From Aplysia californica (lineage: Eukaryota): 64,000 bases of DNA. Position numbers and translations under genes: made by a program. This document shows, piece by piece, positions 38,470 to 52,997 of this stretch. The notes under the pieces are model-generated. The model had not been told where the DNA came from, made no database searches, and saw nothing but the letters and a program-made list of their open reading frames with translations. The DNA lies in NCBI RefSeq assembly GCF_000002075.1, contig NW_004797372.1:1274209-1338208 (forward strand), read 5' to 3'. Position 1 is the first letter of the stretch; each line of letters opens with the position of its first letter.

Positions 38470-40635
38470 GAGTTACCCTTTTTGTGTTATTCGTTGATGA
38501 ATTGTTCAGGCCATCCTATGTATTTTGTTCTTGGTCTTCTTCTGCTCTTCTTTCCCTTCATCTTTCCAAACACCATCAGTTTCTCTATTGTATTTCATCT
38601 GTTTTTGTGGTCAAATGATCTAAACGTTTCTGACTGTTCTGATTATTGGTCTTTGACAACCTGCCAATTAGAGCATTTCCCTTTCTGTCCTTGGGATTCT
38701 GACTATTCTCTTTAAATGCCACATTTTTAGCAGCCTCCAGTCATCTCCCTGCGTCTTTGTTTAGAGTCCAGCTCTCGTATCTATACAAAAGTTCTTTTGT
38801 TTTTGTATACACTGTTATGTTTCTATTTAAGAGAATAGATTTCATCTTGCCGAAAGTTTCTTCAGATATTGCATCCCCTTTATCTTTATCTTTGTGTCAC
38901 CTTTTGCGTGTAGTGCAATTGTGCAACCAGGGTATTTTAAGTTGTTTTCTGTTTTATTCTTTTGCTCTTGCATGTGATATTGCAAACTGGAAGCAAGCAC
39001 AGGCGCTCATATGACCTTATGCAGTTGCGAGCGCCGTAAAACGTCTACTAAAAAAAGCACAAGATGAGCAAATCCAAACACAACTCAAAATAAAAGCATC
39101 GGACAGACAAATGCTTGAGACACAGAGAAGAAAAACGGCAGAACTAAAAAGACAATAATTAACAAAGAAGTACAAAGATGGAATATTTAAAAAAGAGACT
39201 TTATCTCAGCTGTTTGCTGGAAATTTCATTCTTCATCTGATGAGACTGTGACATAGTCAATATGAACGATGTTCAAAGTTTCATCACGTATGCATACACT
39301 ATTTTAAACAATTGTTTTACTTTGATTTTTATCAAAATTATTAAATCAAAGACATTTAATTCTGCAAAGTTTTAACACAAGTTTTCATTTTGTACGCAAA
39401 GGTACTTCGCCTGTACCCCCCCCCCCCCCCCCCTTGGTGATGGGATAATAAAACCATAATTGTCTTTGTGCATCATAGAAGCATTTTGGGATCGGANNNN
39501 NNNNNNNNNNNNNNNNNNNNNNNNNNNNNNNNNNNNNNNNNNNNNNNNNNNNNNNNNNNNNNNNNNNNNNNNNNNNNNNNNNNNNNNNNNNNNNNNCTGC
39601 TGGTCCCGGAGGGGAACACGTTTTGAAACTCTGATGATAACTTTGTGTTGTGTGGATAGTTTGTTGTGGAGGGGAAAGCTCTTTGTTTAATTGTGTTTTT
39701 TGGGAGACGTGTGAGGTTTGCTTCTTTCATTAGTACCCGCAAGAGGACATTTAAAATTAGTAAGATGACTCTCCTGACTGATTGTCCTATGCTGATAACA
39801 TTCTGCTGTTGTTCCAGCTTTTTTGAGCAATGCGATAAATATTTATTTTTTGAGACTTTCTAGTATCTTTACGGTGTTTTAAACAGTGCTATCACTTTTT
39901 TAAATGCCCAGTTCTTCTGATGCTGTGATCCTTTCAATGGGTATGTTCTCTGGGCCAGGTTCTTTGCCTTATATTTTATCTTTATTCATGGCGTCTTGTA
40001 CTTCTTCTATTAGAATTGGTGGTCCTACGATGTTTTTCAGAAATGAAGGCGCGAACCTCTATCGTCATAGTACAGCCCTTCAAAATATTCCTACCATTTG
40101 TTCAATAAATCTCTAGTATCCGTCAAGATTTCTCCTCGTCTTTATTTTGAACATCATATTTTCGGTGACCGTTTCTATCCCAACAGATTTTGAATCTTTT
40201 GGTGAATAAATTTGCCGTCTTTGGTCTTGTTATTTTCTTTTTTTTCGCACTGTGAATTTACACATAATATATAGTTGTTTTCCTTTGCATATTTTTTTTC
40301 ACTTGCCGATCTATTTCCTTGTATTTCTTTTCAACATTTTTGGAGTGTTTTCTTCTTTCTCACATAATACACAGTATCAAGTATCTCTGGAGCTATTCAT
40401 GTTTTGTACTCTTTCTGTTTGGTGACAAGTACGTGCGCATCAGCTGCTTTTGAAGATTTTCCCTAATTTTCAGTCACTTTTCTTCTACGTTTCTTACATT
40501 TTCAAATACCTCAAACTTGCTCTTGACACATACAACATATTTCGTCTTCCTTTCTTTATCAGAACGCAAAAGGTCTAGCTGTTATTGTGGTGGTCTTTTG
40601 CTCTTCTTTAGCTTCTTTAGTTTGACCTTCATATT
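38470..40635 (-). mobile_element. Old RTE-clade LINE (unit D), 5' part deleted
   Basis: Collinear with 13560-15928, then jumps to spacer sequence at about 40638. Confidence 0.8.
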
Positions 40636-41261
40636 TTTCAAAAATAAAAAATGTCATAAATACATTGAGACTCATACTTTAATATCCTAGACTGAAAAGT
40701 CTGACGCAGTGCCGGTTCTCTTTGGAGCACACCATTACCATTTGACTCAGTTTGAAACCAAATGAAGGACAATGGGGAAACGGGCCCTGCGTACCGGACA
40801 ATGATAGCGAGACTGCCGGTTTTCTCATTTATTTGGGGACCCTTGTTGGGTACACTTCGCAGCCAAATGTTTGTCTGATCTGGGAAACAGCGACTGATGA
40901 CGTCGTTTTACCGGGGAAGAGCGGCTAGTTTTTCTTGGCTTAATCGCCTACAGTATCGAATTCACCAAACCAGATATGTTATATTTCGTCTTGACTTCCA
41001 AGTTTAAAAAAGGGTCATTTGCACATAAGACTGTCGTAGTGAAATATGATAACTCACATTTTTGTTGTGACTTTATCAATTAATTTTTTTTTAAAACCCA
41101 AATTTTAAATACGAACGTTTTTAGTTGCATCTTGATTAGATTGTTTGCAAAACGATACACATTTTTGTTACTGTAGTCTCTGGATTTAATCGTCAACAAA
41201 CATTCGTAGGATCATTAGGTCCCTACATATCAATAAAGCGAACAACAGTGTCTTTCAATCT

Positions 41262-41409
41262 GGGGATCAAGGGCCTGTGAAGGGCCTCATTTAAAAGATG
41301 AGAAACACACAGGCGTCTCATATAGCTTCTCCCAGTCTAGTCAACCGCACCTACTCGTGGTGATCCCTGTCTGCATTGACGTGTCTCTGGCAAATGACGA
41401 ATCGTTGGC
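41262..41409 (+). ncRNA. HDV-like ribozyme, copy D
   Basis: Same core variants as copy A. Confidence 0.65.
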
Positions 41410-43865
41410 GCCAACAAACCACCCCTCTTTGCCAGGAGGGGTAAAATCAACAGGCTGGGAGGATGTGTGACCCCACAAGGTGCAGAGGTCAGAACCCACA
41501 TGCGCGTGGTAGACGCTATGCCCCCCACCAACACACTCTCACTCTCCCTTGAGTGAGTGTCCTACTCACTCCTCTACTTCCCTCATCTACTTCTTCTACA
41601 CACTCCCTGTGGTTGCCTTGTGCTCTACCTTAGGCCTTGTGCATCTCCATGGATTCCCCTGGTCCCTGCAAGAATGAACATACCACTGGGTGGGACAGGC
41701 CTCAGGGACATGGCATGCCCAAACATGGACGTCTACGTACCGACACAAAGGATCCAGGACGTGACAAGCCGCTTGTCTGTGTGATTTTTGGCTCAACAAC
41801 GCTGCCAGGGTCAGACCAGATTAAGTTGACCCCCCACAGCCCACCAGGAGACAGCGGTGGCGGGGAATGGACCACAGTGGACCCTGCTTTGACCACATGT
41901 AAAATGGAAGCCAGTCCCTGCTCAATGCGTTGCCCCACTTCTGTGAAAGACACAACTTGTAGCTCAGAAATCTCAATGCCTGATGCACCGGACTGCTGGT
42001 AGACCACAGACCTGGGTGGGAAGAAAAGCCACAGGCTCCCCAGCAAATATGGCAAAGAAAAAAAAAATTCATCCAAGCTCATGCTACGCCTCGTTTATCA
42101 AGGCCCACGCCATGCAGTGTCCCCCCAGGCTGCTGGTGAAAAGTTAGCTACTGAGAAAACAGAACAGTTTCGACTACTCCAGGTCAACGTTTGTGGCCTT
42201 GCAAACAAGAAAATAGAAATTTCCCATCTTTTGGACTCAAGTAAAATCCACGTTGCCCTATTACTAGAAACTATTCACCATAACACAGACACCTATATCC
42301 CAGGCTACACCCAATATACCTGCAGATTCACTGACTGCCAGGGTGTAATCACTTATATCAGGAATGACATACAAGGAAAAGTTGAGAACATCACAACTAA
42401 CACAAGAACAGACACCCAGAAAGCTACAATTTGGTATGCAGGTTGCACATTTACAATCTTTAACATCTACCCCCCCCAGCCCCCCAGGAAATGACTGCTC
42501 TTTTTCATTTCTACAAGAATCAATATACACCAAACAATAGTTGCAGGTGACTTTAATGGCCACTCTCCTCAGTGGGGATACAGAACATACAACAAAAGCG
42601 GAATGGCCATATAGGAACTCTGTGGCACAACTAACCTCCTTTTTCTCCAAGACAAGAAATTTACCCCTACCCTTTTACACAAAGCTCACAACACCCTCAG
42701 CAGGCCTGATTTGACCATCCTTTCATCCGACCTCTTCCAAAGATACACAACAGAAATCCATGACGGCATAGGGAGCGACCATAGACCCATCATGACTTCG
42801 GATTCAACCCCAAGCCAAAGTCACTTTGTACAAAAGACCTAGTGGAATTTTTAAAAGGCGAACTGTGAGCTCTACAAGACAACAACAGAAAAGCTCCTGA
42901 AAGATATTACACCAAACCCCTCTGTTGATGTCTTCTGTGGCGCAAAAACAGATTCTCTGCTCAAGTCTGCAGCTCTCTGCATCCCTAGGGGTTGCAGGAA
43001 GAAGTACAAGCCCTTCTGGAACGAGAATATCGGACAAGCAGTCCAAGACAGAGAAAATGCTCGAAAAACTCTTGAAAGCAATCCTACAACAGGAAACAAA
43101 ATTGACTAAAAAAAACCTCAGCTAAGGTCAAACAGACAACCCTCTCGGCCAAAAGAAACAAATGGAGCACCACAGTTGCAGACCTTGACCTACGCAGAAA
43201 CGGAGCCAAAGCATGGTCACTTCTCTCCAACTGGTGTGGAGGAAAGCGCCAAAACAACCCAAAGCCCATGGACACAGAGGAAAGTACCATCGTTTAAGAC
43301 CAAAAAAGACAGAAACCTTCAAACAAGTTCTTTGCTTCTTTAAACAAAGCTTCACCCCACACTGACCAACATAGAGACTGTTTGAAAACATTGAAGGAAA
43401 AAGAGCATGCGCCAAATGCAAGCATTTCTCTCTTTGAAGATGACGTCACACTCACTGAGCTCAACAGGGCAATGGAGAAACTGAAGCCCCGCAAATCCCC
43501 AGGACCAGATAAGATCCACAGGGAAATGCTTGTCAACCCCAGTCCCGTTGGTAAGGGTTATATTCTCCAGCTGATCAACAAGACGTGGAATGAAAACACT
43601 ATCCCCAGAGCATGGAGAAACGCCATCATCACACCCATTCTCAAAAAAGGAAAACCTGCTGAAGAAAATGAAAAGCTATCGACCCATTTCACTCACCTCA
43701 TGCATCGGGAAAATGGCAGAGAGAATGGTCAACCACCGCCTATAATGGTGGTTGGAAACAACCGGTGCTCTGGACAACAGCCAAGCAGAATTTCGTGCTG
43801 GCCAATGAACAGATGACCAGCTCTTCAGGCTCAGACAGAAAGTCCTTGATGGCTTCCAGGAAAAG
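41262..43865 (+). mobile_element. Ingi-like LINE copy D (cut by gap)
   Basis: Same flank, leader, APE and RT N-terminus as the other copies. Confidence 0.9.
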
Positions 43866-45084
43866 NNNNNNNNNNNNNNNNNNNNNNNNNNNNNNNNNNN
43901 NNNNNNNNNNNNNNNNNNNNNNNNNNNNNNNNNNNNNNNNNNNNNNNNNNNNNNNNNNNNNNNNNTAATAAAGTTGACATACTACTACTACATGTGTATA
44001 TTAGAAAGATATACCCACCTCCAAATGAAATTCAGCACATTTCATCCAAGGGGATAAAGACCCGTCTTTAAAAAGGTTTTTAAAACTATTCGGCCTTTAG
44101 AGCTTGTTCTTTGATTTTTGTTTTAGAAAGAGTTCAGTGCATTTTCAATATAATTAGTCATATAAATATAAATACAAAAATTAGAAGTTTTATAATAAAG
44201 TTACGGTCACAAATGAAATATAGGAGAGATAAAGACGATAGATGCGTGATATCAAAGAAGGAACAAACCAGACCAGAGCACCTGCCAGCCACCATTTATA
44301 TAATATAAAATGCCGGTACATTATATCTGGCTTGGCCTTGTTATGGAAGATACAGAGAAATCATTTGACAGAAGAAAAACTGTCTATACCACTACTAAAA
44401 AGACACATGTTTTAATCAGTACCTTGTCCTCGTAATCGAATATGAGTGTCAAACCTGGTCCCCCCCAAAAAAATGTCATAAATACATTGAGACTCATACT
44501 TTAATATCCTAGACTGAAAAGTCTGACGCAGTGCCGGTCCTCTTTTGAGCACACCATTACCATTTGACTCAGTTTGGAACCAAATGAAGGACAATGGGGA
44601 AACGGGCCCTGCGTACCGGACAATGATAGCGAGACTGCCGGTTTTCTAATTTATTTGGGGACTCTTGTTGGGTACACTTCGCAGCAAAATGTTTGGCTGA
44701 TCTGGGAAACAACGACTGATGACGTCGTTTTACCGGGGAAGAGCGGCTAGTTTTTCTTGGCTTAATCGCCTACAGTATCGAATTCACCAAACCAGATATG
44801 TTATATTTCGTCTTGATTTCCAAGTTTAAAAAAGGGTCATTTGCACATAAGACTGTCGTAGCGAAATATGATAACTCACATTTTTGTTGTGACTTTATCA
44901 ATTAATTTTTAAAAAACCCACCAAATTTTAAATACGAACGTTTTTAGTTGCATCTTGATTAGATTGTTTGCAAAACGATACACATTTTTGTTACTGTAGT
45001 TTCTGGATTTAATCGTCAACAAACATTCGTAGGATCATTAGGTCCTTACATTTCAATAAAGCGAACAACAGTGTCTTTCAACCT

Positions 45085-45232
45085 GGGGATCAAGGGCCTG
45101 TGAAGGGCCTCATTTAAAAGATGAGAAACACCCAGGCGTCTCATATAGCTTCTCCCAGTCTAGCCAACCGCACCTACTCGTGGTGATCCCTGTCTGCATT
45201 GACGTGGCTCTGGCAAATGGCGAATTGTTGGC
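45085..45232 (+). ncRNA. HDV-like ribozyme, copy E
   Basis: Core GCCAACCGC-ACC-TACTCGT-GGT-GATCCCT-GT...GGCGAAT-TGTTGGC is intact. Confidence 0.7.
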
Positions 45233-48200
45233 GCCAGCAAACCACCCCCTTTGCCAGGAGGGGTAAAATCAACAGGCTGGGAGGATGTGTGACCCCACAA
45301 GGCGCAGAGGGCAGAACCCACCAGCGCCTGGTAGACGCTATGCCCCCCACCAACACACTCTCACTCTCCCTTGAGTGAGTGTCCTACTCACTCCTCTACT
45401 TCCCTCATCTACTTCTTCTACACACTCCCTGTGGTTGGCTTGTGCTCTACCTTAGGCCTTGTGCATCTCCATGGATTCCCCTGGTCCCTGCAAGAATGAA
45501 CATACCACTGGGTGGGACAGGCCTCAGGGACATGGCATGCCCAAACATGGACGTCTACGTACCGACACAAAGGATCCAGGACGTGACAAGCTGCTCGTCT
45601 GTGTGATTTTGGCTCAACAACGCTGCCAGGGTCAGACCAGATTAAGTTGACCCCAGACAGCCCACCAGGAGACAGCGGTGGCAGGGAATGGACCACAGTG
45701 GACCCTGCCTTGACCACATGTAAAATGGAAGCCAGTCCCTGCTCAATGCGTTGCCCCACTTCTGTGAGAGACACAACTTGTAGCTCAGAAATCTCAATGC
45801 CAGATGCACCGGACTGCTGGTAGACCACAGACCTGGGTGGGAAGAAAAGCCACAGGCTCCCCAGCAAATATGGCAAAGAAAAATAAAATAAATTCATCCG
45901 AGCTCATGCTACGCCTCGTTTATCAAGGCCTGCGCCATGCAGTGTCCCCCCAGGCTGCTGGTGAAAAGTTAGCTACTGAGAGAACAGAACAGTTTTGACT
46001 ACTCCAAGTCAACGTTTGCAGCCTTGCAAACAAGAAAATAGAAATTTCCCATCTTTTGGACTCAAGTAAAATCCACGTTGCTCTATTACTAGAAACTATT
46101 CAACATAACACAGACACCTATATCCCAGGTTACACCCAATATACCTGCAGATTCACTGACTGCCAAGGTGTAATCACCTATATCAGGAATGGCATACAAG
46201 GAAAAGTTGAGAACATCACAACTAACACAAGAACAGCCACCCAGAAAGCTACAATTTGGTATGCAGGTTGCACATTTACAATCTTTAACATCTACACCCC
46301 CCCCCCCCCCCCCAGGAAATGACTGCTCTTTTTCATTTCTACAAGTATCAATATACACCAAAACAATAGTTGCAGGTGACTTTAATGGCCACTCTCCTCA
46401 GTGGGGATACAGAACATACAACAAACGCGGGATGGCCATAGAGGAACTCTGTGGCACAACTAACCTCCTTTTTCTCCAAGACAAGAAATCTACCCCTACC
46501 CTTTTACACAAAGCTCACAACACCCTCAGCAGGCCTGATTTGACCATCCTTTCATCCGACCTCTTCCAAAGATACACAACAGAAGTCCATGACGGCATAG
46601 GGAGCGACCATAGACCCGTCATGACTTCGGATTCAACCCCAAGCCAAAGTCACTTTGTACAAAAGACCTAGTGGAATTTTAAAAAAGGCAAACTGGGAGC
46701 TCTACAAGACAACAACAGAAAAGCTCCTGAAAGATATTACACCAAACCCCTCTGTTGATGTCTTCTGTGGCGCAATAACAGATTCTCTGCTCAAGGCTGC
46801 AGCTCTCTGCATCCCTAGGGGTTGCAGGAAGAAGTACAAGCCCTTCTGGAACGAGAACATCGAACAAGCAGTCCAAGACAGAGAAAATGCTCGAAAAACT
46901 CTTGAAAGCAATCCTACAACAGGAAACAAAATTGACTACAAAAAAACCTCAGCTAAGGTCAAACAGACAACCCTCTCTGCCAAAAGAAACCAATGGATCA
47001 CCACAGTTGCAGACCTTGACCTACGCAGAAACGGAGCCAAAGCATGGTCACTTCTCTCCAACAAGCGACAAAACAACCCAAAGCCCATGGACACAGAGGA
47101 AAGTACCATCGTAGAAGACCAAAAAAAGACAGAAACCTTCAACAAGTTCTTTGCTTCTTTAAACAAAGCTTCACCCCACACTGACCAACATAGAGACTGT
47201 TTGAAAACATTGAAGGAAAAAGAGCATGCGCCAAATGCAAGCATCTCTCTCTTTGAAGATGACGTCACACTCACTGAGCTCAACAGGGCAATGGAGAAAC
47301 GGAAGCCCCGCAAATCCCCAGGAACAGATAAGATCCACAGGGAAATGCTTGTCAACCCCAGTCCCGTTGGTAAGGGTTATATTCTCCAGCTGATCAACAA
47401 GACGTGGAATGAAAACACTATCCCCAGAGCATGGAGAAACGCCATCATCACACCCATTCTCAAAAAAAGGAAAACCTGCTGAAGAAAATGAAAAGCTATC
47501 GACCCATTTCACTCACCTCATGCATCGGGAAAATGGCAGAGAGAATGGTCAACCACCGCCTATAATGGTGGTTGGAAACAACCGGTGCTCTGGACAACAG
47601 CCAAGCAGAATTTCGTGCTGGCCAATGAACAGATGACCAGCTCTTCAGGCTCAGACAGAAAGTCCTTGATGGCTTCCAGGAAAAGAACCTGGAACCCTTG
47701 GACTTGCGGAGAGAGGCGGCAGTTCTGGAGATGAGTGAGCGCTACAAAGGACTAGAGTAAAACCACCCACATAGGAAAATAATTGAACAGAGAAGACCAA
47801 AGAAACGGATTCATGGAAGATCAATACTTGACACAGCCACTGAACTAGCAGAAAAACACCATCTTCCATGTAACAGAGAAATGCTGAAACCTTTAAGACC
47901 AGAACTCCCCCCAAACACTATCATCAAGAATGCCAACATCAAAACTTCCCTCATAAAAGAGATAGTGAAAAAGGAATGTGACCCAGTAGAACTGAAAACA
48001 ACAGCTCTGAAGACAATTGACTCCTACCCTAGTGATTCAATTCATATTTACACAGATGGGTCAGCCTTCAAGGGAACTATAAACGCAGGCTTTGGGGTAA
48101 GAGTTGAACATCCTGATAAAACAAGTGAAGAGCTATTTGATAAATGAGGTACTTCTTGTACAAATTACAAGGCTGATGTCATCGCCATTGAAGCAGCAAT

Positions 48201-48594
48201 CGTCTACCTGACCAACATTTTCATAATACATCCAAACAAAATCAAGAACACTATTATCTTCACAGACGGAAAGTCAGCACTCCAAACTTTGGAAAACTTG
48301 AATTTCGAAAGCCCAGCCTGCCTATCCGTGGCTCAAACAATCAACACCTTCATACAGACCTATGCCGTCGACCTGACACTACAGTGTAAACCTGGCCACA
48401 GCAACATCCCAGAAAACGACAGAGCAGACACCCTTGCCAAGAAGGGGGCATCACAAACACAACCCCACAATCCAGTATCACAACAGACAGCCAAGAACAT
48501 CATCAAATGCAACACCAGGGAACAGTGGCTGAATGGATGGGCAATGGGCAAAACTGGAAGAACTGTATTTGCACACATGACAGCCCCCAACTCT

Positions 48595-49290
48595 CATCAT
48601 CATCATCCGGTGCCTTGCCGACTGGCGTGGGCGATCATGGACCTCCACTTCCATCTGTCTTTCGAAGAAGCAATGGTGTCTGTTGTTCTTGCTGCTCCCA
48701 GCCATGTTGTCATCTTGTCCAGTATCTTTTCCCTCTGTCTGCCTCTACCTCTCTTTCCATCAAACTTTCCTGTTGTTACAATGTTCTCTAATGCTTCTTT
48801 CCGCATTGTGTGTCCGAAAAAATTTGCCTGTCGTTTTCTTATATTCGTGATAAGTTGTTTTCTATAATTTGCTTCAACCAGGACTTCTTCATTTGTTTTT
48901 CTAGCTGTCCATGGGATACGTAGCATGCGTCTCATGAACCACAACTTTGCCGCAACAATTGTTCTTTCCAGCTGTTTATTGATTGTCCATGCTTCGCACC
49001 CGTATAATAGGATTGGCTCGATGTAACTTTTCATTACTCTTTTCCTCATTTCCAGTGACAGATTGATGTTTGTTAGTATCTGTTTCATCTTGTGGAAGGT
49101 TGCTTTTGCTTGGCAAATGCGGCTTTTAATTTCGGTGTGACATCTACCATCTGATGATATAATGGTCCCCAAATATTTAAAATGTTGTACTTGCTTCAGG
49201 GTGGTATCATTGATTTTGATATTGCATGTTGGGATTGGAGTATTTCTGCTTATCACCATCGTTTCGGTTTTCTTGATGTTTAGGTTTAAG
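48595..49290 (-). mobile_element. Young 5'-truncated RTE-clade LINE with (ATG)n tail
   Basis: Uninterrupted ORF LNIKKTETMV..FKYLG..LLYGCEAWT..MLRIPWT..GKRGRGRQR..WRSMIAHA*. TSD CCCAACTCT/CCCAATTCT. The empty site is present in copies B, C and F. Confidence 0.93.
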
Positions 49291-49598
49291 CCCAATTCTA
49301 AAGATGCAATAAATTCCTTGAGTAGAAGAGAACAAGTCACGATCTTTCGCCTGCGAAAAGAACACATACCATCTAAATTAATAACCTAATAGGATTCGGA
49401 AGGATACCCCACCCNNNNNNNNNNNNNNNNNNNNNNNNNNNNNNNNNNNNNNNNNNNNNNNNNNNNNNNNNNNNNNNNNNNNNNNNNNNNNNNNNNNNNN
49501 NNNNNNNNNNNNNNCGTTTTGCTCTCTGAGATCGCTGGCTGACCTGCAACACGACCACCGAACTGTCACAGCAATAGGCCATAGCATTGACTACTTTA

Positions 49599-50475
49599 TT
49601 ATGAGCTTTTGAAGCGGTTTTTTTGGTGGTATTATTAAATAGTCTATTTGGTTCTTTACTTTGTCCCAAGGAATCTTCCAAATCCTGCAACTTCTTTGGT
49701 TTTTCTTGAACCAGGTGTTCATCACAGCAAGTTTGTGTTCTTTGCAAAATTCTACAAGTTTCTCGTCTCGTTCGTTGATTTAACCGATTCTGAAGCGCTC
49801 CACTGTGTTCTCTATTCTTTCTTTTCCTATTTTTTGCATTGAAGTCGCCCACTATTTTGATAATATCCTGTGACTTGAGCTGTTTCACTGCTTTTCAACT
49901 TCTTCAAAGAATGTCTCTATTTCTATCAGGTCCTTAACTGCGGTTGGTGCATTTAATTGGAGAACACCCTTTTCAAATGTCTTTCCCTTCAGTTTAGCAA
50001 TAATGATTCTCTCAATGACTGCCCAGAAACCTTTAACGGCATTAGAGTTATCAGAATCCAACATAATGCCTAATCCCATCTGATGTTCATCTCCACCTGA
50101 ATAAAATGTGAAATTATTTCCTTATAGAAGGCTGCAGTTGCTTTCTATAGAGGCAGAGCTCATACTGAGCAGGTTGTCCCAGCCACTGTACAGTACTAAC
50201 AGTATCTTCTGTTTGGCACACTTGAAAAGTTGGCCAGTTCAAAAGGACCTTAGACCAACTTTAACCTCCTTGGCCAGTTCCAAAAACTATCCTTGGCTGC
50301 TCAACAGTTCACCCGTCACCTGCCTGCCATAACTTTATGTAAACCTGCTCCGGTGGCTAAGTGGGGACATAACTTTTCCCAAGGTTCTCCCAGAGGATAG
50401 CGGAGGGAAGGAGCTGACTTACTACTCCTGCTGGTGGAAGATCAATGTAAATAACAAAGCTCCATCCTGCCACCC
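49599..50475 (-). mobile_element. Old RTE-clade LINE 5' part (unit F)
   Basis: Essentially identical to 27630-28506 of unit C, with the same ORF translations. Confidence 0.85.
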
Positions 50476-50819
50476 TATACAGTAGAGTAACAAACACAAA
50501 AAGAAGGAAGAGAGATAAAGACGATTAATGTTTGATAGAAAAAGAACAAACCGTAACTAAGCATCTGTCAACCAACTGCTGTTTGAATTTTTACTAAAAA
50601 GAAATATTATCCAAGTTACACCAAAATAGGCATTTGCAATTTTTAGGAACACGAAAGCTTTAAAAATCACCAAACGTTGCGCTCGTTTTCTCTCTATTTT
50701 TACTTCTGACACCAGGCGATACCCATCTCCTTCAATCGCAAAGATCTTTACTTCTATTGAAGATACAGATAGATTTTCTTTCCAGCAAAAGACATACAAT
50801 TAATAAACGGGCATTAGAT

Positions 50820-51027
50820 CAGGGCGCTGCACAGTGGCGACCAACAGTGGCATTGTTTGTAAACTGTTTTGTATTTGTGTAATAGTGTGTATTTATGTAT
50901 GTATTTATGCATGTATGTATTTATGTATGTACGTATTTATAATTATGTATTTATGTATGTATGTTTGCCATTGTAAAACAAAGTGCCCTTCTGGGACAAA
51001 TAAAAGTGTAATTTATTATTATTATTA

Positions 51028-51065
<38 letters not shown>
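50820..51065 (+). mobile_element. Private LINE 3'-UTR insertion with (TTA)n tail
   Basis: Absent from unit C (GCATTAGATTATACC) and unit B. Ends TGCCCTTCTGGGACAAATAAAAGT plus (TTA)n, resembling Rex1/Babar-type 3' ends. Confidence 0.7.
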
Positions 51066-51069
<4 letters not shown>

Positions 51070-52997
51070 CCGATAACCTCACCCAAAAATTAACCTCACC
51101 CAAAAATTGGTGAGTCCCTGAATTAATTGAAATGGGATGCAGTTCTCTAAATGTTTCTTAATTTAATATGAACATTTATAATAGTCTCCTTGTTGTCATT
51201 CCAAGACCTAGAAACTTCCACATTGTTCTATATTGCCATTATCATTGCCACACTCATCTAACGCTGCAGCCTGGTCTGTTGTACGCCCATAAAAATGTTT
51301 TCTCGTAGATTATATTTTTACCTTTCGGGTTATGCAACAAAGGTAGCTTGCGAGTGTTCTTTCTTGTGCGTCAGAGAAAACCTTATATCAGCCGGCACTT
51401 CCACTTTCTGTCGACGAAGTGTCCATTCTGACATACCTAGATCTGCTGAAGCTTTCCCGGGCAGACTCACCGTTCTGGACAGCTTGCACCCCCTCCCCCT
51501 TTTTCCTGATTGCCCTACCATAGTGTGTTCAACGAGTGCGGATTTTCGTTTGTAGATCCGAGGTATTTTTAGAATAAAATAAACAAACAAACCAAAAAAA
51601 TGGAAAAGAAAGTGGTTCCTAGTAATCTAAAACTGCAAAGCAGGTAAACAAACGGATGACTGCATACCAACATGAAAACAAAGTTTACATTGTAAGCTAC
51701 CTTGATTAGCCCTGCTATTCCTCCCTTCACATGGTGTACTCCATGTTGCAGACTGGGTCAGCAGAAAGAAAAAAATGAGACAGTGTGTCCCAGATCTTTT
51801 GCCCGTAGGTACAGACCAAGTTTGCTTCTACGTTTCAATTTGGAACCAGTGCTCAGCCTGTGCTTTGATTTGTCTAATAAAGTTGACATACTACTACTAC
51901 ATGTGTATATTAGAAAGATATACCCACCTCCAAATGAAATTCAGCACATTTCATCCAAGGGGATAAAGACCCGTCTTTAAAAAGTTTTTTAAAACTAGTC
52001 GGCCTTTAGAGCTTGTTCTTTGATTTTTGTTTTAGAAAGAGTTCAGTGCATTTTCAATATAATTAGTCATATAAATATAAATGCAAAAATTAGAAGTTTT
52101 ATAATAAAGTTACAGTCACAAATGAAATATAGGAGAGATAAAGACGATAGATGCGTGATATTAAAGAAAGAACAAACCAGACCAGAGCACCTGCCAGCCC
52201 ATTTATATAATATAAAATGCCGGTTCATTATATCTGGCTTGGCCTTGTTATGGAAGATACAGAGAAATCATTTGACAGAAGAAAAACTGCATATACCACT
52301 ACTAAAAACACACATGTTTTAATCAGTAACTTGTCCTCGTAATCGAATATGAGTGTCAAACCTGGTCCCCCCCCCCAAAAAAAAAAATGTCATAAATACA
52401 TTGAGACTCATACTTTAATATCCTAGACTGAAAAGTCTGACGCAGTGCCGGTTCTCTTTTGAGCACACCATTACCATTTGACTCAGTTTGGAACCAAATG
52501 AAGGACAATGGGGAAACGGGCCCTGCGTACCGGACAATGATAGCGAGACTGCCGGTTTTCTCATTTATTTGGGGACCCTTGTTGGGTACACTTCGCAGCA
52601 AAATGTTTGGCTGATCTGGGAAACAGCGACTGATGACGTCGTTTTTACCGGGGAAGAGCGGCTAGTTTTTCTTGGCTTAATTGCCTACAGTATCGAATTC
52701 ACCAAACCAGATATGTTATATTTCGTCTTGATTTCCAAGTTTAAAAAAGGGTCATTTGCACATAAGACTGTCGTAACGAAATATAATAACTCACATTTTT
52801 GTTGTGACTTTATCAATTAATTTTTTTAAAAACCCAAATTTTAAATATGAACGTTTTTAGTTGCATCTTGATTAGATTGTTTGAAAAACGATACACATTT
52901 TTGTTAATGTAGTCTCTGGATTTAATCGTCAACAAACATTCGTAGGATCATTAGGTCCCTACATTATAATAAAGCGAACAACAGTGTCTTTCAACCT

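Larger units (their letters stand above)
45085..49414 (+). mobile_element. Ingi-like LINE copy E, interrupted by a young RTE
   Basis: APE, linker ORF 46655-47482 and RNase H. Split at CCCAACTCT by the 48595-49290 insertion. Confidence 0.92.
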
